A DNA stretch of 58,193 nucleotides, counting the filler, from Basidiobolus ranarum (taxonomy: Eukaryota), in the NCBI GenBank assembly GCA_040143965.1. It is 4 parts of 4 records of this genome, joined end to end, with 100 filler letters (N's around TTAATTAATTAA, not from the genome) between each part and the next. Parts side by side here need not be neighbours in the genome. Positions count along the whole stretch, not along the records: positions 14,610 to 29,089 come from JASJQH010007298.1; positions 29,190 to 43,646 come from JASJQH010007299.1; 2 more parts are not named here. The stretch is one strand, 5' to 3'. Position numbers and translations under genes: made by a program. Of this stretch, positions 27,033-39,861 are shown one piece after another (positions within the stretch are counted from its first letter, which is position 1; the number at the start of each line of letters is the position of its first letter). The notes under the pieces are model-generated. The model worked only from the letters and a program-made list of their open reading frames with translations. It made no database searches and was not told the origin of the DNA.

Positions 27033-27592
27033 TATTAGAAATCATTTGGAAAAATGGATCAGTGGGCTCTTTATATCAATGAAGACTATATTCCAGAGTC
27101 CTCAATTGTAATAAGAATATATATGCCAGTAGAATCAACTACCTGGGGACAAACCTAATACTTAAGCTCTTCAATAGAGTTGCTATGGCAAGTCAAGAGC
27201 CATAGAGTGTACTTCCCACCAGACATGCAATATCTTTTGTCTTATTTAGGTATATAACTGTTGCAAGATCTGGACATAATGGGGGTAGACTTTGTATATT
27301 AGAAGCAAGTTATGATAGTGTGTTTTTAGTTACTTTATTCTTAAGAGTATATGGTTACTTATATAGTAGAAAAGTAAATCAATTGTTTGAGATATTCAGG
27401 AGTTTGTGTAACAAGGAATAATAGATAAGTGGGGGTAATAAGACATACTTGTTATATAGACATAGAGATGTTCATATTTAGAATATAGGGGCTATAGATA
27501 CATTGCTTTCAGTTTCTGATATATGTATCATAACTAAAGTTAACTAAGATGTTGAATAAAGATTAATAATCCAAGAGTTAGATATACAGGTA

Positions 27593-28204
27593 CCTGTTGA
27601 AATTAGTATTGCCTAAACACCTATATAGTCATATATAGCTTAGTACTTAGTTATCTTATACTTCACTATGATACTATCCATTATTCTCAATTGGAATCTA
27701 CTTAGAATATTGACACCAACTTAGAAGTTCTCAGATATATTGTTTTTTCAAACTTGAGCTAGAAGCCCCAAACTTTGCATTCATATTCCTGGGATCTTCC
27801 TTGACACATTCTAAATGCTAAACTATTTACATCTTGACAAAACTATAAATGTCAACTTTCCATTCAATAAATCAATAAGTGAAAACCACCAATTTCTCTA
27901 ATTCTCCAAATCACTCCCAACAGGTTCCCAAATATTATAACATTATTGAGTCAAAATTGATACCAATAGTTCTGTGAGGTGGTAAACAAATATATGTCCA
28001 GGATGAGTTAAGGAAGATCCCAGGAGCATGTGGGCAAAGTTTGGGCCTCTTGGCAAGTTTTCAAAGTCTTTTAAATAAGCTTTGATCTTGAGTAGTAGAT
28101 GATATGAGAATTATGAGATATATCTTAGATCAATATAGAACAATTAAATACTAAGTTATATATAGCGCTATAGATGTTTATTCTATGTTAATATCAACAA
28201 CAGG
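27593..28204. mobile_element. Composite fold-back MITE-like element, copy B
   Basis: Starts ta|cctgttgaaattagtattgcctaaacacc, has an internal cccaacagg ending at 27924 and ends caacagg. Same architecture as copy A. Confidence 0.75.
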
Positions 28205-29089
28205 CCTATGAATAATGTAAGATCTGGTAATTATGTATAGATATCATTTTTATGTTGACACAATCTACAATGGGAGTATCTCAACCAAAAAGCTTGATCT
28301 AAAAGTTCATTTTTAGAACTCAATTTCAAAGATCTCTCTGATATCCATTTCTATTTCATATATTACACCTTTTAGTGAGGTAATATACTGAAGTATTTCC
28401 AGAATTGAAATGCTTTACTAGTGATTTGCTTTGCATCGTATGAGTCTGCTCATTGATGTCAGCAATAAAGCCATATTAGATGCATAAACAGAGCTTTGCT
28501 TACACAATGAGCAAACTTGCTCCATATGAAATTTTTTAATCACTCTTATCCTTAAATGCGTAAATCAATTGTTATACCTCAAACTCAGCATAATTTCCTT
28601 TCCACAGATCTCTGATGCATTCATAATGCCAAATATACGCAATAGCTTTGACTTGTACCATAGTGGGTACATAAGCATCTAGTATGTTAAACAGGATAGA
28701 AGAATATTAGGTGATTAACATGAGTAGTTCAACACAGCCCCTTTTACTATTACCTCTGAAGCCATGAAACCGAAATAACGCTCATGAAACAACAAAGTAT
28801 AACCAATGACTGCGAAGTTAATTACCAGAGGAACAAGCATCCTTCAAAGAATATCTACCAATTGCTCCATTAGACCTTTCATTGCAGATGGCCTGCACAA
28901 ACTCAATGACACGAGAGAACAAGCACTTATTTGCACTAACCTTCTATACTGCCAAGGAGACAAATAAAGTTAGGGCGAGTGTTGCAGAGTTGACACTTAT
29001 TGGCACTGTTTATGAATGGACTACTACAGGTATGTGTCGGTACAATGAAAAAATCTAGATCCCTCCGATCTCTTCATTATCGGGTGGTG

Positions 29090-29189
29090 NNNNNNNNNNN
29101 NNNNNNNNNNNNNNNNNNNNNNNNNNNNNNNNNTTAATTAATTAANNNNNNNNNNNNNNNNNNNNNNNNNNNNNNNNNNNNNNNNNNNN
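29090..29189. other. Assembly gap with TTAATTAATTAA linker
   Basis: 100-nt N block with linker. Confidence 0.97.
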
Positions 29190-32100
29190 CGCTCAAGCGG
29201 CATAAACTATGGCTCCTTGTATGTACCTCCAAATGACCCAGATACGTGGATGCAGCATCATCCTACTCGACTATTCATCGTTCGGATAGACATATAAGTT
29301 TAATGGATGCGGTTGTTAGGGCTACTGTCGGAATGGTCGATGACGATTATGGGGATGACAGAGCAGATGAATTTTTAGATGAGCCGTATGCGCATGCCTC
29401 TAATATAGACCCTGAAAGACTGTCTTTACTTATCAAAGGATACAGCACGCTTGCTAATTCCTTTATACCAGCAGACGAAGATCCAGCAGATGATGCAGCT
29501 TCCGGAAAGTGGTCCAGACGCAAAAGCATCGCTAGATCCATCTATTCTGCCCATTATGCCAAAGAGGTTCCCGTTGAAAATGTTAAAGAAGTTATCCCAA
29601 AGAATCCTATTGAATTCATGAAATACTCGGTACAATTTTTACCGGCTGTTGCTCTTGGCGTTATACTGAATCTACTGAACGCAGTATCTTACGGCTTCAT
29701 TTGTTTTCCAACTGCACACCCTATCTTCTCTAGCTTTGGTCCTGATGGTATTTCCATGTACCTTGTGAGGTGTATCATAGGCCAGATCGTATTCTCAGCT
29801 GGTGGAAGTGCCTTTAAAGGTGCCAATGCTGGTATGATGTTGGAAGGTAAGAAGCATTAACTAAATTAGTCGACCAAGTCACGGTGTCTAATTCTTCTTA
29901 TCCTTATTTAGTAATTCCTTTTCTGTACACCATGTAAGTAAACCATTCATCATTCTCTAAATATTGTGAAGTTTTACTTAAATGCTGTTTAGTTGTGATA
30001 TTGTCATCCGCGACGTCGGAGAAGAAAACCCCAAAGCAGTGATTGCCACTGTTATGGTTGGTTACGCAGCAGCTACTATATTCACTGGATTGACTTTTAT
30101 GCTCTTGGGTGTTTTCAAGCTTGGCTCGCTAGTGGGATTCTTTCCTCGTCATATCCTCGTAGGATGCATCGGTAATTGAGTGATTCATCTTTGTAGTGTT
30201 GGATATGTTCTCACCTCTATGTTGAATAGGTGGAGTTGGTTGGTTTTTATTCCAAACCGCCATAGAAGTATCCTCTAGACTCCCTTCCTTCTCGTTTGCT
30301 CCTGATGTTCTTAAAAACTACTTCGAGCCTTCAGTGTTAGCTTTATGGGCTAGTAGTCTTGGGGCCGCGTTGCTTATGAGAATCTTGCAGAAAAGGATTC
30401 AACATCCAATGTTTGTCCCCTGCTTCTTTCTCTCTATCCCCATCTTCTTCTACTCCATAGTGTACTTCGGAGGATGGAGTATGGACGAGCTACGTACCTC
30501 TGGCTGGGTCTTCCCATTACCAGAGTCCAAACCTTTCTATGATTATTGGACTCATTTTGGTAAGACTCTATACTAACCCGATCCTTTTACCAAAACGATA
30601 CCTGGTTCTAACATGGATGTTTTTCGTTAGATTTCTCTCAAACTAGCTGGTCAACCCTACCATCACTTATTCCTGTTATCTCTGCATTAACATTCTTTGG
30701 TAAGTAATATCTCGACCTATTGAGCAAAGATCGTCAAGTCTTTTAGAGATCAAGCATGATATAGAGTATGAGGTTCAATTTCTCTAAACATGGTTCTTAA
30801 TAGGTATCTTGCATGTGCCCATCAACGTCCCTGCTTTGGCCGTAACCAATAATCAAGATAGTGTAGATGTTAACAAGGAGTTGGTTGCTCATGGTTATTC
30901 CAACCTTGGATCAGGTCTCCTCGGCTCTTTCCAAAGTATAAACAAACATTCTATTAATTTTCTACGTCAATGCACTAAACAGTACTTTGTTAGATTACTT
31001 GATGTACTCAACAAGCACCCTCTTCATTAAGTGTGGCGGTGACTCCAGAGTGGCAGGGATGATGTTGGCCTTTGGTACTACAATCATCTTTCTGATTGGA
31101 CCTACTATGGTTGGTTTTATCCCAACGATGGTAGTTGGCGGGTTAATTTTCCACATTGGTATGGAATTAATGAAGGAAGGAATATGGGATCCAATTGGCC
31201 ATGTGGATACATTGGAGTACACTACGATCTTGACTATCGTTATATCGATGGCGATTTTCGGATTCATTGAGGGAATGTTTATTGGAGTGGTATTGGCGTG
31301 TATCTTCTTTGTTTACCTGTGTAGTACCCGTAGAGCTATTCGAGCATCATTGACTGGTCTTACCGCCAAGAGTACCGTTCGCAGACCACGCTTACAACAA
31401 CGATTCCTGAATGAAGTTGGTTCAATGGTCCAAGTACTACGTCTGCAAGGGTTTATGTTCTTTGGATCAATCAACGGCGTAGAAAACAATATTCGAGAGA
31501 TCCTAGACGCTAGACAGTGGGTGATGAATCCGATTCGGTTCTTGGTTTTGGATTTCCAATAAGTACAAGGTCTTGATTTCAGTGCAGCTGAAGCTTTCGT
31601 TCGTGTTAAACGTTTGTTAAAGAGCAATGATGTTTACATGGTTGTATCTGGAGTCAGCGCAGATTCGGACATCGGAGTAGCACTTCGTGCTTTTCACATA
31701 TGGGGTGGTTTCGATGATGCTTATGTTCAAAACTTCCAGGATTTAAATGCTGCCCTGGAATGGTGTGAGAATGTGTTACTCCAAGCTGATTATCTCATTC
31801 GTGCCGCACTCCTAGCCTCGCCAAATAATATTGACATACCAGAATCCAGACAAGATGCTCGCTCGGAGATTTCTTTCGCACCTGCCTCACCGCGTCAACG
31901 TTTGTTGAAAGATGCTGCACGTGCCGCTCTTGACGATGAACCTCATACGCGTAAATCAATGGGTCAAGTCAATCAACCACTAGCACTTTTATTACAAATC
32001 TTCCAAGAAACTTCCTTTGATAGCTATGAAGATATTCTTCGTAGAATTAGCGTACACTTTCAGAGAATTGAAGTACAAGCTGACACCGTTCTTTGGGAGC

Positions 32101-32420
32101 AAGATGATGAGCCAGACGCGTTATATCTGGTTGAACAGGGTCTTTTGCATTTCTCAGTAGAGATGAACCAGCATAGTAAGGTAATTGAAACCGTAATCCC
32201 CGGAGTTATGATCGGAGAAATGAGTGTCTTCACTGATCAAATACGTCGTGACACGTTGGTCGCTGAGATTGACAGTGTTCTATGGAAATTAGACAAAGAA
32301 ACCTATGATAAGCTGTCTAATAACGAAGCAGACCTCATCCTTGGATTTGTCAAAATTGGACTTGGTTTCACAGCCCAAAGCTTTGTTACCATGAAGAGGT
32401 TAGCATTTGCACTCCAATGA
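29190..32420 (+). pseudogene. Vsb1/YGR125W-like SulP (SLC26) transporter with STAS and cNMP-binding domains; one in-frame TAA; 5' end in gap
   Basis: Motifs LPAVALGVILNLLNAVSYG, FFPRHILVGCIGGVG, LHVPINVPAL, ELVAHGYSN, LQGFMFFGSI, DFQ*VQGLDFSAAEAF (TAA 31560-31562), DLNAALEWCEN and a cNMP fold (LYLVEQG...GEMSVF). Confidence 0.75.
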
Positions 32421-33785
32421 TAGCGCAAAATAAGACGCCGATATGAAGACATGACTTGATGTTGGCGTTTCATTCACCATATACCACACAAATTCCAAAT
32501 ATCCCTTTATTTTATTTTTCTTTCTCGCTATGAACATATATAGAATATTTGCTACTTGTAAAATTCTAAGCTATCGGATTGGGAAATATTTGCGCTCAAT
32601 CTTCTCGTATCCCGACCTTTATAACTTATGAACAACTTCATCTTGAAGCTGGGTGTCTTATGTAGCATGTCCCTTGACCAAAATCCCAAGCTCAATAAAT
32701 GATTAACTAAACAAATTAGATAGGCATCCTACACTGTGGTCTCAATATAGCACCCGATTCCCTAACCCTTGATTAATTGCATTCACTAGGTAGAAAATAC
32801 CAAGCTATCGAACACACACCTAAGCCACTGGCGAGAGATACAGTCAACACGTCGCTAGTCCGTAGGCTATCATCCACATGTAAAAAATGTAAATGCCAAA
32901 GTGAGTTTAGGTGAACAAGGGTGACCATGTGATGTGACCATATATAGATACTATTCCTATTCTGTCCAGGTGACGGTACCAATCCATAGCCTAAAGTATC
33001 TTAACACCCAGTAGTATGGGGTAAGGCCGCCTAATGGTCGGCTCTCATTGAGCTGTTGTAACCATGGTAACAATTCTAACCCTTCTAATTCGTGTACGCC
33101 CTTATCTCTTGATTAATCCAGGGTGGTGGAAACAGTGCTGCCATTGACACCTTTCGCTGTGAGTCTCTATAGATATAACACAGATGAGCGAACCAACAGC
33201 TTGTTAGACGTGCAGTGCTTTGGGGAATCCTCATTCTCCTTCAGAATGAACATCATCTTGCTGGTTGGTCCAAATCATGAAAATTGTATAACTGTAGTAC
33301 GCTAAGCTATGTGGGACTAATCTAGAGACTTCGTGAGTATTCTCCTCACACAGAATGCTCATTCAGCTGCTAAATATTGATCTTCATTCTAAAAACGAGT
33401 ACGATTACAGTAGAATACTCCACTTCCGATCCAATCAGTGGGTGATGTCACCTCTTCACATGAAATGATTTCTGACCGTGAAGCACAGTCTTTGGTCTCA
33501 GAATCATGCATTGACAAACGCTTGAATTTCGAGTGAAATAAGCTAAATCAAGTTTTACTGCGCTATTCAATCATTTTTCAATTCATAGGTTTTCATTTTT
33601 CTGCCCTCTCCATTTCTGCTTTGGATAGTTTGTCTAGACGATTCGCACTGCTATCCTATTCACTTCTCAAAGTTCATATATTCCCGTCCCACAGTATTGA
33701 TCTGGTTCTTGTAGTCTTGATTCTACTACCTCTCAATCCTTAAAAGCCTTCTCCAAGGCCTCTTTGTTTCGAGGTAACAATTAAC

Positions 33786-36700
33786 ATGGGAAAGGACGGA
33801 CAGAAGTTGCCGCAGATTTCCGGAAGAAAAGGCTCTGTTGGATACGCTTCGTTACTATCGGAACCTATTGCTTTCAGCAAAAGTAACCCCAATGGCCAAC
33901 TCCTCAAACAAACTTTCGTACCTGAGGAAACTCGAGAAAACTTATTGAATACTTCAGTTGGCGTTTCCGCTTTGCTTCATAAATTTGCTAGTCTTGCATA
34001 TTTTTTTTGCTCTATAAGTTCTCTTGCAAGCCTCTCTATTAGAGCATTTAATGATATGGAATTTAACCTAAATACCTTGTTTACTTCACCTTTGTACTTT
34101 CTGTACATTATTCAACTTTGCTTTTGGAGCTATTCCTTTTTTGCCTTGATTCCCAACACCCCCGCCCTACGCAATAGTTTGTCGTTTTCTCTCCTTTTTT
34201 CGTTATTCCTTTCCACTCTTTACATTGTTGTGTTTGTATTTACTTTGGCCTTGACTTGTGCAACCTCGATAGAACCTTTTTGGGCTTACGGAAATATCTT
34301 CACTGCTGAGACTTCATTATTCGATAGTGTTCTTGTACTCTCTTCTCCTTTTTTAGCTTTGTTGCTTTCCCTACTGGCTGCTCATGATAGAGATCGTCGA
34401 GAATTCTTAACAATAGTCTCTAGTGAATTAAAGACACTCACCGACAAAGTTTCAAAAGTAATGACCGAGAGTACAAGCCACAGATGTCAATTTATTAAAA
34501 CCGTTGCTATGGAGTTTGAAGACACAACTTCTATGGCTGTTCAAATTGTAAAGCAACTATCACCACCGGAGCTCTTAATCAAACCTCAAGAGCACGTATC
34601 AGCGTGCTCCATTCCGATTCCCACTGCTTCCGTGACGGCGATACATACTTCCCTTCGTCATATCATCAATATATCTTCTCGCTTGAATGTAATCAGTCAG
34701 CTAATTACTAACGATGACCAAGCTAATGAAAATCTCCGACTTATCCTCTCAAATAAGAGTGAGTTCGAGATTGGAGGGTTGATACAAAGTATTGGTGATT
34801 TGCTTGCCGGAACTGCTGCCGAATCCAAAGTAGAATTAGTCTTGTGTCATGAAGATAGTGGTTTTCATCATATGCACGTGCTCGGAAACGAAAATGCCTT
34901 CCGTCATGCGTTAATTGCCGTAAGTAATGATATATTTATGTCTATAGACCAACTCTATCTCTTTGCTGATTGATATCTCTTTTTAGTTGGTAAAGGGAGT
35001 AATATCCTCTACGAAAGCTGGAACACCCATTGAGTTAGGACTCCATTTGGCATCTAACCAAGAGAGCTTTGGATCATCAGCCGCTAATCTAAGTGAGAGT
35101 AACACATGTCAATTTATGCTAGAGATCGTATATGCGCCGAATGAATTCAACTTGAACCTGCTCGCAGACAGCTCCCTTACTAGAAAATTGATCAAGGAGC
35201 TGGGTGGCGAACTCAAAGTCGAATCCAAGGACAAAGTACAGATGGTCAACTTGAGTTTCGTTCTTCCAATACCTCAATTAAATCTCGAAAATAAGAAAGA
35301 AATCAAACCCAGTACGGAAGATTGTAAACGTCATCTGAAAATCACAGATGAGCCCAGTGTCAGCGAATTAACTTTATTTGCAAATACACTGCGTGGTTTA
35401 AGAGTCGCACTACATGCCAAGAACCATTCCACTTTTGCCAAGCATTTGACATCATGCTTGACTATATGGGGCACTGATATAACCCATATCTCTATTGACG
35501 CGCCAATCGAACCACCGCAGCAATCTAATGTAAAAGATACCTCGTTCACAGAAAGCCTACAGGTACCAACTAAAGCTGGAGTTCATGCTGAGAAGGCTGG
35601 CTCACTTGATGCAAGTAATGGTACTTCCGAGGACGCTTCTAAATTCAACGTTCCTCCGTCATTTATTATCATTGATGATGATGTGAAGACTTTACGGGAT
35701 CAATTTGTGTCGCTTCGCAACAACCCAGCATTCAATTTCTCAAACCATCAGCATCGTAGGCACAAACGTATGGAGCTTCTGAGTAATCATATGATTACTT
35801 CGATCATCCATTTCACCTCTCTCTCAAACTATCAACATATTAAAGATGAAGTGTACTCTCTGCTGATGATGCCTCACCATCTTCTCCCCCCACAAGTGTT
35901 GGTTATCCCAAAGCCAGTCGGCCCTAAGAGGTTGCTAACGGCACTTTACACAGCAGTCGTGAAGCCCAAAGTTGACCCTTCATATGTTCCTATTGCCACC
36001 TCCCCTATGAGTCCTGGCCTCAGGTACTATCAAAACAAAGAAGAAGAGAGAAATCCGATGGATATGATTAACTTTGATTCATATAGACCACCCACCGATT
36101 CATCCCTCGACTCTATAACTGTCCCAACTCCTAGCAATGGCTTTGCAACACCTATTGCTGGCACTATCGTTTTTGATCCTAAACAATTTGCTACCAATGG
36201 ACAAATACCGACTGTTTCTGCCTTTCCTCGTGTTACTCCTTACCTTAATCGTAGAGTGTCCGACCAGAATAATCTTTCCAATCCACCAGTAGTTGGCCCA
36301 CTCGGAACAAATGGCCATACGATAGCATCGCCAATGATTAACGGAAAGCCAATAGCACTTCCACCCGTCCCGATTTCTCGACCAAAAGGCTCTCCATCAG
36401 GATTGATACCTGCCGTATCATCACCAATCCCACGAGTTTCCCCCATCCCTACTCCACTTTCAGCCCCACTCCCCGCTACTGCTCCTACGAGTACAACAAC
36501 AAAAACTAAATCGAAAACTAGTCTAAAGAAAAAAGCGACTAGACCATCTAGTGGGACATCCAAGTCTACTTCGGCTCTTCCCAACGTAGTCAGCCCCCCT
36601 ATCAATGTATTGATTGTAGAAGGTAGGAAAAAACTTGATGTCTATTCTACTGCTTGAGTATCAAACTAAATTTAACTTCTCTAGATAATCCAATCAATCA

Positions 36701-37548
36701 GACTATTTTATCAACGTTTATGAAAAAACGTAAGATTAAGTATTCAGTAGCGAACAACGGACTCGAAGCTGTCGAAAAGTGGAAAGAGGGAGGATTTCAT
36801 CTTGTTTTGGTACGTTTCACACGCGCTCTCTTGTGTAAACACTTACTGATGTTGTACATTTACATTATAGATGGATATTCAATTGCCTGTTATGGATGGT
36901 ATAGAGGCTACGAAAAAAATCCGATCAATAGAAAAGATGCAGAAGATAGGAATACTCAGTGCCTCAACGTTTGCTTCAAATGGCGGCTCTAACCCTAATT
37001 CACCAACATCACCATTTTGCTCCCCTGTTATTATTTTGGCTCTTACTGCCTCGTCTTTACAATCTGATCGACATGCTGCATTGGCTGCTGGATGTAACGA
37101 TTTCTTGACTAAGCCTGTATCATTAGTATGGTTGGAAAAGAAGATCATGGAGTGGGGTTGTATGCAAGCATTAATTGATTTCGAAGGTTGGAGAAAATGG
37201 AAGAGTCAAGACTCCAACTCACTCACTGGCTCACTGGGTAAGACGGCCAGCAATGTAAGCAAAGGAAAGGAGCCTTATGCTGGATTACGCGAATCTATTA
37301 TTCCTATAAACAGGAAAATTGAGTTCAACCAGAAAGCATCGCTGGAAACTTTGGAAAACCTGAAGTTGCCCACTCGGAAACTGTACCGAAAATCGAATAG
37401 CGTGACAAAGTCAAACGGGACAAACACTGATAATAAAGTTGAATCTGCCATAGTTGCGCCAATTTCGTCAGACGACAAGCCGGTAGCCACAGTCGATGGC
37501 AATACGCAAGCAACCGTCTCAGACATGTCGAGTGTGGAACGGAAATAA
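33786..37548 (+). CDS. SSK1: Ssk1/Mcs4-like two-component response regulator with N-terminal TM helices and degenerate histidine-kinase-like region
   Basis: C-terminal receiver domain PPINVLIVE|DNPINQTIL...GGFHLVL|MDIQLPVMDG...ALTASSLQSDRHAALAAGCNDFLTKPVSLVWLEKKIMEWGCMQALIDF. Upstream PKPVGPKRLLTALYTAV and PIATSPMSPG. Three introns. Confidence 0.9.
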
Positions 37549-38675
37549 TAAGAATTTCTTGTAACTGCTACCACCATGCACTCGATACATCTCAGACTAA
37601 CACGCAGGAAACCTGGTGACTTGTCGATTGAATTCTATAATTGATTTTCTTTTCATTAGATCAATTTCACTGCCTGCAACATAAGCGAATTTCTATGAAA
37701 TTGTGACTTCGGCACAGGCGTGTGTTGATATTCCTCCAACTAAAATTAAGTACATGTTTACATATATCCTACTCTACAGCCAACCCCTCATTCCCTTTGA
37801 GCTTATCCTAACTTTGGAAACTTCTTGTTTGATTTATCTCGATCGATTGCCTTCCTTTAAGTAGCCTGTTTTTTATTTTGTATAGTTACATTATCATCGT
37901 AATTGGGCAGTAAAGTAGAACTGTACATAAAATGTCAATCATACCTTTACAGGACCATTTTACACTCAAAATACATCCTACGCACCAGAAACAATAAACA
38001 AAGGGTATCTGAACCACAATTGTGATATAATAGAATTGGCCTCTTGGGCACCCTCCCCTCAGAGATTGCCTATTTACAACGCACACCCTAACAATATGGG
38101 TCCGATCATGTAACGGTCTTCAACAAGCAAGATTTATGCTTGGACGACCAAATACCCACACTCAAACAGGCGTAGACATATTAAGCTCGGTACGAAATCC
38201 AATATAATGGAACCTTCTTTATAGACTATTCATTCAATCAGCCATATCATTTGAACCTACTTCGCGTACTGGTCCAGACGACACACTGTGGATGGTAAAT
38301 CTATTTTTCGTCATAAAGTGCCCCTATTGGTTAGAGAGAATATACGTATCATTTACCTCCAGAAAGTGAAATGAAATCCCTATTTTACTCAATGAAACAC
38401 ATGCCATCAAAAAATACGGAAAGAAAAAAATCGATATCATGCTTACGTGATAGTTTCTCTGGCTATATCATACATTTGTTTACCAATTATCCAACTCGCG
38501 GTCCTTTTCCATCAATTTAATAATTCTCTTCGTTTCTCCGAGTAATTTCTTTACCAAGGAGAAAACAGAGAATATTATCATTGTGCCGAATTTAGTTTCA
38601 ACCACCCCTCATACTCATCTACTCCCGCACTTAATATCATAGTAGCTCTATTTCAGTCAGAAGAAATCAAGCAAC

Positions 38676-39861
38676 AGTAAGTGGTCCAAATAAATGCCTA
38701 CTCTCTACTTCTCTTGGTTACCAAATCTTCTTCTCTGTTGTAATTTTTTTTGCTTTTACTGTACTAAACTATATCACGTATCCTTGGCTTATTTTCCACT
38801 TCAACCATATCGGCTTGACTTGAATATTTTACTTCACTTTCAAAAGAAACACCACCATCTGTTTGCATTTTAATAACTTTTTACTCGCAATAGTGGATGA
38901 TATGAGCAGCAGTAACTCGGATAGTGACTACATGAAATACTGGATTGACTGGTTCTTGAGTACGAAAGGAAACGAGTACTTTTGTGAAGTAGATGAAGAA
39001 TATATTTTGGATAGATTCAACTTGACTGGTTTGAATACCGAAGTTCAACATTACGTCCAAGCTCTTGATCTTATAACCGACTCTTTAGGTATGGCCCAGT
39101 GAGATGTTATTTGGTTTTCATATGTGCATCTTACGTTGAGACTGAAACTGATGACTATATTGACTACCTGTAGATGAAGAGTTCGATGACGAGATGAGAC
39201 AGGCAGTCGAGAAGTCGGCTCGTCATCTCTACGGTCTTATTCATGCTAGATACGTTCTTACCAACCGTGGTCTCGCGAAAATGGTTAGTTAGCATTTATT
39301 TTCGATCTATGGAGGAGACACATTGAGTTATCTTTGTCGGCTTCTAACAATGATGATATCATATTTGATTAACGTGAGATATGGTAATTTTTAGGTAGAG
39401 AAGTATAAGAAAGCAGAGTTTGGTAGATGCCCTCGTGTACTATGTTACAATCACCCATTACTTCCCGTTGGCCTCTCCGATGTTCCTTTTACTAGATCAG
39501 TAAAGCTCTACTGTTGTAGATGTGAGGACATCTATAATCCTAAATCTTCTAGGCATGCAAATATCCTTTTATTTTTCTTCTTTTATGGTTGAGCAAGATT
39601 TCTAGAACCTTCATATAGTTATCCTTAACCCTATCTTTGTTTGATGCTTCACGTATCGACGGTGCTTACTATGGCTCCTCCTTCCCACACATGCTTTTCC
39701 AAGTTTATCCACATCTAGTACCTCCCAAGTCTACAGAGCGTTACGTACCCCGTATCTTTGGGTTCAAGGTCCATGAAATCAGCAAACAGCACAGATTCCA
39801 AGATTGCATCAGGGAAGAGCAGCAGAAGCGCTTGAATGGTGGAGAAATGGATGTTTCTTAA
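38676..39861 (+). CDS. CKB: Casein kinase II regulatory subunit beta
   Basis: Motifs [83 protein letters not shown] and [11 protein letters not shown]. The start codon is inferred to be split A|TG by intron 38677-38893. Confidence 0.96.
39561..39652 (+). other. U12-type (minor spliceosome) AT-AC intron
   Basis: 5' splice site ATATCCTTT, branch site TCCTTAAC at 39622-39629 and terminal AC. Removal restores HA-S-IDGAY in frame. Confidence 0.92.

Noticed and set aside
8088-31562. Stop-codon reassignment (TAA/TAG = Gln) or A-to-I stop editing to explain the in-frame stops
   Set aside because: Conserved genes here end normally at TAA or TAG (GID4, CK2 beta, STRAP, MDR). Intact genes have no internal stops, YTP1 also has a frameshift, and editing TAG would give Trp rather than the expected Gln.
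38778-38785. GTATCCTT U12-like donor inside CK2 beta intron 1
   Set aside because: No matching TCCTTAAC branch site near an acceptor and no coding need; probably chance, though checkable by RNA-seq.
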